From: a virus
Virus record (IMG/VR): IMGVR_UViG_3300042290_000327
Span: 1 to 64,000 of that record
Strand: one strand, 5' to 3'
Length of the DNA stretch: 64,000 bases
Part shown: positions 17,542 to 23,374 of the stretch, in pieces
How the letters are laid out: each line of letters opens with the position of its first letter
Position numbering within the stretch: position 1 is the stretch's first letter
Translations under genes and position numbers: made by a program
Notes under the pieces: generated by a model
Told to the model about the DNA's origin: nothing
Seen by the model: the letters and a program-made list of their open reading frames with translations, nothing else
Databases searched by the model: none

Positions 17542-17650
17542 CAAAGTGTTGGTATCCAGGTGGGTGAAGTAGGGGATATACACTTAAATAAAACAACAAC
17601 GGTGAAAATATGTAACGGCCGATAAACATAGAAGTAGCAACGAAGCCCGT

Positions 17651-17703
17651 GACACCAAGTAGATGCCTCCACGTGGCGGTGTTGGATAACCAACCAAATC
17701 TAT
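17651..17703 (+). ncRNA. minimal HDV-like (theta-type) self-cleaving ribozyme
   Basis: P1 GACACC/GGTGTT, P2 GTAGAT/ATCTAT, P3 GCC/GGC, L3 TCCACGT, P1.1 GG, J4/2 ACCAA. Confidence 0.8.
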
Positions 17704-17713
17704 AAATTAAAAT

Positions 17714-17816
17714 AGTCAGGTGGCGGAATGGTAGACGCTAAGTGGGTACACACGATCCCTATTGCAGCAAGGTACACGGCGGCTGGGGAGTACAGGTTCA
17801 AATCCTGTCCTGACTA
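17714..17816 (+). ncRNA. tRNA-scaffold RNA copy 4 (103 nt)
   Basis: same scaffold, unique insert. Confidence 0.75.
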
Positions 17817-17891
17817 CGATGCTTAAAACTAAAACTGAGTGGTTGTCAGTTTATGTTACGCTTTGTTTACGATGGTTCGACTCCATCATAC

Positions 17892-18018
17892 AGTCAGGTG
17901 GCGAAATGGTAGACGCAAATGCCACTCGGAGAAGAAGGAACTACGCCAACATCTCCTTGCAAGTGGTAGGGTATCCTAAAGAGTAAATCCCATACAGGTT
18001 CGAATCCTGTCCTGACTA
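17892..18018 (+). ncRNA. tRNA-scaffold RNA copy 5 (127 nt)
   Basis: same scaffold; TGCCACT/AGTGGTA and GGAGA/TCTCC stems in insert. Confidence 0.75.
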
Positions 18019-18132
18019 CAGGGATATACACTCAAAAAGTGTTGTTAGCAATTCGAATTAGTACGGCTTTGTCTGAGCGAAATTCTTAGGTTGTATAGGC
18101 AGTGGAGCGACACCACATATCTTTTCTAAAAT

Positions 18133-18240
18133 AGTTAGGTGGCGGAATTGGTAACGCACATACAACGAGAGTTCTGCGGGCTCAACCATAAAGAGAGGTG
18201 TATGGTGGTATAAATACAGGTTCGAATCCTGTCCTGACTA
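18133..18240 (+). ncRNA. tRNA-scaffold RNA copy 6 (108 nt)
   Basis: AGTTAGG/CCTGACT; CATACA/TGTATG stem in insert. Confidence 0.75.
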
Positions 18241-18244
18241 CAAT

Positions 18245-18319
18245 GCACCCTTAGCTCAGTTGGTTCAGAGCGTCTCGTTTACACCGAGAGGGTCGGAGGT
18301 TCGAATCCTTCAGGGTGCA
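18245..18319 (+). tRNA. tRNA-Val(TAC)
   Basis: cloverleaf, TCTCG-TTTACAC-CGAGA. Confidence 0.95.
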
Positions 18320-18325
18320 CAAAAT

Positions 18326-18407
18326 GCCTGTATCGCATAGCGGCAATTGCAGCTGACTGTAAATCAGCTCCCATTCGGGTTCGGAGGTTCGAGTCCTTCT
18401 GCAGGCA
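18326..18407 (+). tRNA. tRNA-Tyr(GTA)
   Basis: GCTGA-CTGTAAA-TCAGC, variable arm. Confidence 0.93.
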
Positions 18408-18565
18408 CAAAATTTAAGTTCCTTGTATCTCGTAAAGAGATTCCCGAAAAATAGACTGTCAGCTAGAAGTAGGGTATCGATGATAAGAGTTGAGGAGACG
18501 TAGAAGCGGGTGAATGAATTAGCACTAATAGGTCACCGACGTCGTGCCAAGCTTAAATTTTTAAC

Positions 18566-18647
18566 GGGGGTATCGCATAGCGGCAATTGCAAGGGACTGT
18601 AACTCCCTCCTCATTCGAGTTCGGTGGTTCGAGTCCACCTGCCCCCA
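18566..18647 (+). tRNA. tRNA-Tyr(GTA), second copy
   Basis: AGGGA-CTGTAAC-TCCCT, variable arm. Confidence 0.93.
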
Positions 18648-18652
18648 CACTC

Positions 18653-18726
18653 GCACTGGTAGCTCAATTGGATAGAGCACTTGACTACGGATCAAGAGGT
18701 TCGGGGTTCGACTCCCTGCCGGTGCA
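18653..18726 (+). tRNA. tRNA-Arg(ACG)
   Basis: CTTGA-CTACGGA-TCAAG. Confidence 0.95.
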
Positions 18727-18808
18727 CTGAAGATGGTTATAACAAATACCTGTACCAGAATACCGGTCAAAAATCAGGAATGTGTAGGTAGCGACTTACC
18801 GCTAAACA

Positions 18809-18881
18809 GGACCCGTAGCTCAGTTGGTAGAGCGTCGCCCTGAAGAGGCGAGCGTCAGCAGTTCGAATCTGTTCGGGTCCA
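18809..18881 (+). tRNA. tRNA-Phe(GAA)
   Basis: TCGCC-CTGAAGA-GGCGA. Confidence 0.95.
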
Positions 18882-18887
18882 CAGCAC

Positions 18888-18962
18888 TGGAATGTAGCTC
18901 AGTTGGTTTAGAGCACCTCGCTGATACCGAGGGGGTCGTAGGTTCGAGTCCTATCTTTCCAA
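18888..18962 (+). tRNA. tRNA-Ile(GAT)
   Basis: CCTCG-CTGATAC-CGAGG; one U-U mismatch in acceptor. Confidence 0.88.
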
Positions 18963-18966
18963 CAAC

Positions 18967-19040
18967 GGTCCTGTACCCAAGCGGTCAAAGGGAACTGTTT
19001 GCAAAACAGCCACTCGCTGGTTCGAATCCAGCCGGGACCT
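18967..19040 (+). tRNA. tRNA-Cys(GCA)
   Basis: CTGT-TTGCAAA-ACAG, U73. Confidence 0.92.
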
Positions 19041-19046
19041 CTACAG

Positions 19047-19117
19047 TACCCCGTCGTCTAATGGCAGGACAAATGACTTTGACTCATTTAATGGTAGTTC
19101 GAATCTATCCGGGGTAA
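19047..19117 (+). tRNA. tRNA-Gln(TTG)
   Basis: AATGA-CTTTGAC-TCATT. Confidence 0.93.
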
Positions 19118-19122
19118 CAAAC

Positions 19123-19193
19123 GCGTCTGTAGTGAAAGGGTATCATAGGGGTCTCCAAAACCTTTGTTGAGGGTTCGAATCCTTCCGGGCGTG
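19123..19193 (+). tRNA. tRNA-Trp(CCA)
   Basis: GGGGT-CTCCAAA-ACCTT. Confidence 0.92.
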
Positions 19194-19199
19194 CTAGAT

Positions 19200-19273
19200 G
19201 GCGAGGTAGCTCAGATGGTTAGAGCGCAGGATTCATAACCCTGAGGTCGGCAGTTCGATCCTGCCTCTCGCTA
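19200..19273 (+). tRNA. elongator tRNA-Met(CAT)
   Basis: CAGGA-TTCATAA-CCCTG, paired 1-72. Confidence 0.9.
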
Positions 19274-19274
19274 C

Positions 19275-19507
19275 TAAAATAAGAGGACCTATCGCTTCAA
19301 AAGAAGAGGAAACTCAGGACATCACAGCTTAAGGTGGAAGATATAAGGTGTACGCCTTATCTCGCACGATTATAAGGTTACAGCCTTATAACATTACACC
19401 ACCGAGGATGCAACCCGAAACAGTCTATAATGGTGAGCTGATTAGACAAGGTAGGGGCAAAGATTAATGATAGGATAAAACAAGATCCTGGTTACTCTCT
19501 TATTTTA
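19275..19507 (+). ncRNA. rnpB: minimal RNase P RNA
   Basis: P1 ends pair; GAGGAAACTCAGGA pairs TCCTGGTT (P4 with bulged U); P2 CCTATC/GATAGG; P5, P6, P7, P15 identifiable. Confidence 0.85.
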
Positions 19508-19512
19508 AACAT

Positions 19513-19586
19513 GGTGGATGTAGCTCAGTTGGTAGAGCAATAGATTGTGGTTCTATTGGTCGCGGGTTCGATTCCCGTCATTCACC
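19513..19586 (+). tRNA. tRNA-His(GTG)
   Basis: G-1/C73, ATAGA-TTGTGGT-TCTAT. Confidence 0.95.
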
Positions 19587-19595
19587 CTAAACAAA

Positions 19596-19683
19596 GGAAG
19601 GTTGGCTGAGTGGACGAAAGCGGTAGTTTGCTAAACTATTGATCGGGTTAACCGGTCCACAGGTTCGAATCCTGTACCTTCCG
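19596..19683 (+). tRNA. tRNA-Ser(GCT)
   Basis: GTAGT-TTGCTAA-ACTAT, long variable arm, G73. Confidence 0.95.
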
Positions 19684-19700
19684 CATTTTAGTTATTAATC

Positions 19701-20162
19701 ATGAACAAGGTATTTAAAAGCGGTACTACCGGCAGACCTATCAACTTAATCAGTTACATTCTGGATTACATAAAAGAATATCCAGAGACAAAGATTTACG
19801 TTGGTACTGACTCCCAGAACAGGGGTCCGGAGACAATCTACGCTACTACGGTAGTGCTGAGATACAGAACAAGAGGATGCCATGTTCTGTATTACAAAAC
19901 AAGAGTTCCTCTGGTAAGAGATTTTTGGAGCAGGCTCTGGAGAGAGACAGAAATGTCAATCGAAACTGCTACATTTATTGTGGAGAATAGTCCTCTAAAG
20001 GTGGAGTCAATAGATCTTGACTTTAATGATGATGAGTATAAGGCTTCAAATAAATTAGTCTCTGCTTCTAAAGGATGGGTATCGGCTGCAGGCTTTAAGT
20101 CTACAACCAAACCTGCCCTGCAGATTGCAACCAGAGCAGCCGATCACATTATCAGAAATTAA
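19701..20162 (+). CDS. RNase H-like YkuK/DUF458 family protein
   Basis: IYVGTDSQ, RLWRE, IDLDFN, ATRAADH motifs. Confidence 0.8.
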   Translation: MNKVFKSGTTGRPINLISYILDYIKEYPETKIYVGTDSQNRGPETIYATTVVLRYRTRGCHVLYYKTRVPLVRDFWSRLWRETEMSIETATFIVENSPLKVESIDLDFNDDEYKASNKLVSASKGWVSAAGFKSTTKPALQIATRAADHIIRN

Positions 20163-20172
20163 TTCTGAAAGA

Positions 20173-20204
20173 GTTGCCAGAATGTAAAAACGTTCGTATC
20201 TTTA
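20173..20204 (+). promoter_or_regulatory. internal promoter of tRNA array
   Basis: GTTG-N20-TATCTTTA. Confidence 0.7.
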
Positions 20205-20224
20205 TATAGTTGAAAGAGAACAAC

Positions 20225-20245
20225 GATCTTTGACATACTGGTAAA
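20225..20245 (+). promoter_or_regulatory. boxA-like element / leader strand (copy 2)
   Basis: GATCTTTGACATACTGGTAAA. Confidence 0.65.
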
Positions 20246-20302
20246 AAAACTTAGACACGTTCTCGTGTTTTCCAAGCCTCTACCTATTTATATAAAAGAG
20301 GT

Positions 20303-20731
20303 ATGAGAAAAGAAACACGAGAAGACTTTCAAAAAGCTATAGAAGCTTCAAACTCTATGCAAGAAGCTGCTAGACTGTTGGGAATGAGCTACGATACTTT
20401 TAGAAGCTATGCTCGTAAGTACGGAGTTTTTAATCCTAATCAAGCGGGGAAAGGACGTATGAAGGCTAAAATTTATAAAGAGGCTGATGACGTATTTCAA
20501 AAGGTTGATAAACAGATCGGTAGAGCTATTGTAAAGAAATGGCTTCTGCAGGAAAGAGAGTATAGATGTCAAAAATGTGGAAATAGTGGGGAGTGGCAAG
20601 GAGAGCCTCTAGCTTTAGAGTTAGAACATATAAATGGAGATTCACTTGATAATACGAGAGAAAATCTACTTATACTATGTCCTAACTGCCACTCCCAAAC
20701 TTCTACCTTTAGAGGTAGGAAAATTAAATAA
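20303..20731 (+). CDS. HNH endonuclease with N-terminal HTH
   Basis: CQKCG...LELEHING...NLLILCPNCHSQ. Confidence 0.88.
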   Translation: MRKETREDFQKAIEASNSMQEAARLLGMSYDTFRSYARKYGVFNPNQAGKGRMKAKIYKEADDVFQKVDKQIGRAIVKKWLLQEREYRCQKCGNSGEWQGEPLALELEHINGDSLDNTRENLLILCPNCHSQTSTFRGRKIK

Positions 20732-20805
20732 GCCCTCGTGACGGAACTGGCATACGTACTAGACTTAGGATCTAGGTTTTGGGAGTTCGACTCTCCCCGG
20801 GGGTA
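20732..20805 (+). tRNA. tRNA-Leu(TAG), short variable loop
   Basis: CTAGA-CTTAGGA-TCTAG, 5-nt variable loop. Confidence 0.9.
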
Positions 20806-20814
20806 CAAAAATAT

Positions 20815-20891
20815 GGTCTCGTAGCTCAGCTGGATAGAGCATCGCACTTCTAATGCGACGGTCATTGGTTCGAATCCAATCGAGATCACCA
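20815..20891 (+). tRNA. tRNA-Arg(TCT)
   Basis: TCGCA-CTTCTAA-TGCGA, encoded CCA. Confidence 0.95.
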
Positions 20892-20895
20892 CAAT

Positions 20896-20968
20896 GGTCG
20901 GTTCATCTAGGGGTCTAGGATGTTACCCTTTCACGGTAGACACACGGGTTCGAATCCCGTACCGACTA
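20896..20968 (+). tRNA. tRNA-Glu(TTC)
   Basis: TTACC-CTTTCAC-GGTAG. Confidence 0.93.
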
Positions 20969-21079
20969 CAAAAGTGTTAACCACCCGACCTACTAGGGTG
21001 AAGTATCGAGTACGATATACTTGAATAGAATAGGTGGCTACCATAAGAACGCCATAAACTCGTTAACACTTTCTTATAT

Positions 21080-21151
21080 CGCGGGATAGAGCAGAGGTAG
21101 CTCACAAGGCTCATAACCTTGGGGTCGGAGGTTCGATTCCTTCTCCCGCAA
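21080..21151 (+). tRNA. initiator tRNA-fMet(CAT)
   Basis: C1-A72 mismatch, CAAGG-CTCATAA-CCTTG. Confidence 0.9.
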
Positions 21152-21158
21152 CTAGATA

Positions 21159-21232
21159 GGGGGATTAGCTCAGCTGGCTAGAGCGACTGCCTTGCACGCA
21201 GTAGGTCAACGGTTCGACTCCGTTATTCTCCA
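21159..21232 (+). tRNA. tRNA-Ala(TGC)
   Basis: G3-U70, ACTGC-CTTGCAC-GCAGT. Confidence 0.95.
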
Positions 21233-21321
21233 CTAAGAAGTGTCGCAATACGCGTTTCAATCTGATTGATAGACGTATCAATAAAAGATGTCCGGAGGTG
21301 AAAATCCTTAGCTTCTTAAAT

Positions 21322-21429
21322 AGTCAGGAGCGGAGTGGCTCCGTGATCGCAACTTAAAGAGATAGTCATACGAACTTTATGTGTCAGGCTATGTACGCGG
21401 TAGAACAGGTTCGATTCCTGTCCTGACTA
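21322..21429 (+). ncRNA. tRNA-scaffold RNA copy 7 (108 nt)
   Basis: AGTCAGG/CCTGACT, remodelled D arm GCGGAG/CTCCGT, ATAGTC/GGCTAT insert stem. Confidence 0.7.
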
Positions 21430-21480
21430 CGAGGCTATATTTTTGCATGTTTATTATAGCGAATAAAGAAAACATGCGTT

Positions 21481-21621
21481 AGTCAGGTGGCGGAATGGTA
21501 GACGCACCCAAAGTATGTGAGGGAAAAATAATCATATAGGTTGCTGCCTTAAGGTAGTAAGGCCTGAAAGTTTAAACTTTTAATTGTAAAAGTTATACAG
21601 GTTCAAATCCTGTCCTGACTA
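21481..21621 (+). ncRNA. tRNA-scaffold RNA copy 8 (141 nt)
   Basis: same scaffold; three hairpins in insert. Confidence 0.75.
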
Positions 21622-21707
21622 CACAATCAGCCACAAGAGGATTGGCATTGAGTTGTTGCAACTAAACAAAATGCAAGTGGTTGACAGCTTGGAAAGACAA
21701 GCAACAT

Positions 21708-21940
21708 AGTCAGGTGGCGGAATGGCTACTTCAACCCCGCGCAGTCGGAGCAATAGATACGGTTCGAATCCGTTGTGGGGTCAATGAGTAGTTTTGGTAG
21801 ACGCAGGTTTGTAGGTTACGTGCCACGAGATGAAAGCAACCTTAATATCGGAGTTAACAACCGAAAAGATAGTTAAACTATTGACCTGAATTGACAGGAA
21901 GTTAAATAATGGCTTACAGGTTCAAATCCTGTCCTGACTA
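21708..21940 (+). ncRNA. tRNA-scaffold RNA copy 9 (233 nt, extra D-loop insertion)
   Basis: same scaffold; D loop split by ~70-nt insertion carrying its own acceptor+T-arm mimic. Confidence 0.7.
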
Positions 21941-22155
21941 CAATGAGTAAGAGATACTCAGAGTCTTTAATCCAAGACTTAAACAATGGATAGGGTATTG
22001 GGCCGGACATCCTTAAACGCCGGTTTCGTGGGAACAAAGGAGAGCGACACACCTCCTCCCAGTAGTGTTGACTTTTTCAAGGTGTAAGAACCGCAGGGTT
22101 TTGAAAGCAAAAAACCGGGAATATCTACTCACTGGAATCTCAGGTGGGGTAATTT

Positions 22156-22229
22156 GGTGCGGTAGTTCAGTCGGTTAGAATACAGGCCTGTCACGCCTGG
22201 GGTCGCGGGTTCGAGTCCCGTCCGCACCG
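22156..22229 (+). tRNA. tRNA-Asp(GTC)
   Basis: CAGGC-CTGTCAC-GCCTG. Confidence 0.96.
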
Positions 22230-22368
22230 CTATAGAAACAGAGGAGGCGTAGAGCAACTAGCCGGGAGAGCGGCGACGCAAGGGTACACACTTAGTAGCT
22301 CTCTTATTGGTGTGTGAAGCTTCTTAGTCAGATTCCTGATAAAGTTGTTCCTGTTTCTTTTGTATATT

Positions 22369-22456
22369 GGAGGTTTGGCAGAGTGGTCGATTGCGGTAGT
22401 CTTGAAAACTATTGACTGTAACAGGTCCCGGGGTTCGAATCCCTGAGCCTCCGCCA
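22369..22456 (+). tRNA. tRNA-Ser(TGA)
   Basis: GTAGT-CTTGAAA-ACTAT, long variable arm, encoded CCA. Confidence 0.95.
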
Positions 22457-22457
22457 T

Positions 22458-22530
<73 letters not shown>

Positions 22531-22554
22531 CTAACTTTTAAATCCCCCTTTCTT

Positions 22555-22746
22555 ATGTCAAAAGCAGAGAAAATTCTCTACATGGTTATGTACACCTTGT
22601 TCACCGTTGGTACAATCCTTGCAATTGCTCGTAATGAATACGGCCATGCAATCTGGGTTATCACCGGGTTTATGTGGATGCATAACGCCTTTACCAATCG
22701 CCGGGAAGTAATTAAGCTCCAGGAAGAGTTGGAAAGTACAAAGTAA
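22555..22746 (+). CDS. small 2-TM membrane protein
   Basis: two hydrophobic stretches. Confidence 0.6.
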   Translation: MSKAEKILYMVMYTLFTVGTILAIARNEYGHAIWVITGFMWMHNAFTNRREVIKLQEELESTK

Positions 22747-22791
22747 GTTCATATATTTATATAAGTTAATCAATTAATTAAATTCAAAGTT

Positions 22792-22947
22792 ATGAAAAAT
22801 TTCATGCTTATGGCTGCTGCCGTTCTCGCTCTTGCTTCTTGCGCTAACACCGAAGAAGTAGCTGTTGAAGAAGTATCAGTAGACACTACCGCCGTAGTAG
22901 AAGATACTACTGTAGTAGCAGAAGGTGACGAAGCAGCTGCAGAATAA
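22792..22947 (+). CDS. small acidic lipoprotein (51 aa, not in ORF track)
   Basis: MKNFMLMAAAVLALAS-C lipobox; own promoter at 22728. Confidence 0.75.
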   Translation: MKNFMLMAAAVLALASCANTEEVAVEEVSVDTTAVVEDTTVVAEGDEAAAE

Positions 22948-23074
22948 TACTGAGTCTAGCCTCCAAATCCTAATAGCCGAAAGGTGATGGTTAGGTTGAC
23001 GTGGGAAAAGTCAACAACAGAGCAGGGGAAGAGCGTGAACCAATAAGCGCCTCGTCGAAATGCTTCCCCAATTT

Positions 23075-23147
23075 GCCTCCATAGCTCAGTTGGTAGAGCT
23101 GCTGATTTGTAATCAGCAGGTCGGCGGTTCGAGTCCGTCTGGAGGCT
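23075..23147 (+). tRNA. tRNA-Thr(TGT)
   Basis: GCTGA-TTTGTAA-TCAGC. Confidence 0.96.
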
Positions 23148-23296
23148 CAGCAGTTACCTGATTTAGCACTAGGACGGTAACAACCATTGGAGGAAGCTAA
23201 CCTCACGAATGGTCCTGTAGGTTGTCGATTAATCGCGTAAAGTTTCCTACCAGGTAGAGTAGGTGAGTCCTTGTTGGTGATAAAGCTCTACCGTTT

Positions 23297-23369
23297 GCGA
23301 AAGTAGCTCAGTTGGTAGAGCATGACCTTGCCAAGGTCAGGGTCGCCGGTTCGAACCCGGTCTTTCGCT
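23297..23369 (+). tRNA. tRNA-Gly(GCC)
   Basis: TGACC-TTGCCAA-GGTCA. Confidence 0.96.
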
Positions 23370-23374
23370 CTAAT

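Noticed and set aside
17871-17887. GATGG-TTCGACT-CCATC as another tRNA
   Set aside because: Isolated T-arm hairpin with no matching acceptor stem; probably a remnant.
17016-21940. Repeat-unique-repeat pattern as a CRISPR array
   Set aside because: The repeats are the two halves of a tRNA fold, inserts vary widely in length, and there is no cas operon (the Cas4-like nuclease at 36568 is a common stand-alone phage gene).
17016-21940. Inserts as tRNA introns
   Set aside because: Too short for group I/II introns, no evident bulge-helix-bulge, and I could not find an excision that restores a common anticodon arm.
22948-23070. Possible second HDV-like or hammerhead ribozyme (CCTCGT, CTGA..GAAA)
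   Set aside because: Could not build P1/P2/P3 or the hammerhead core; only simple hairpins (CCTAA/TTAGG, GTTGAC/GTCAAC, GGGGAAG/CTTCCCC).
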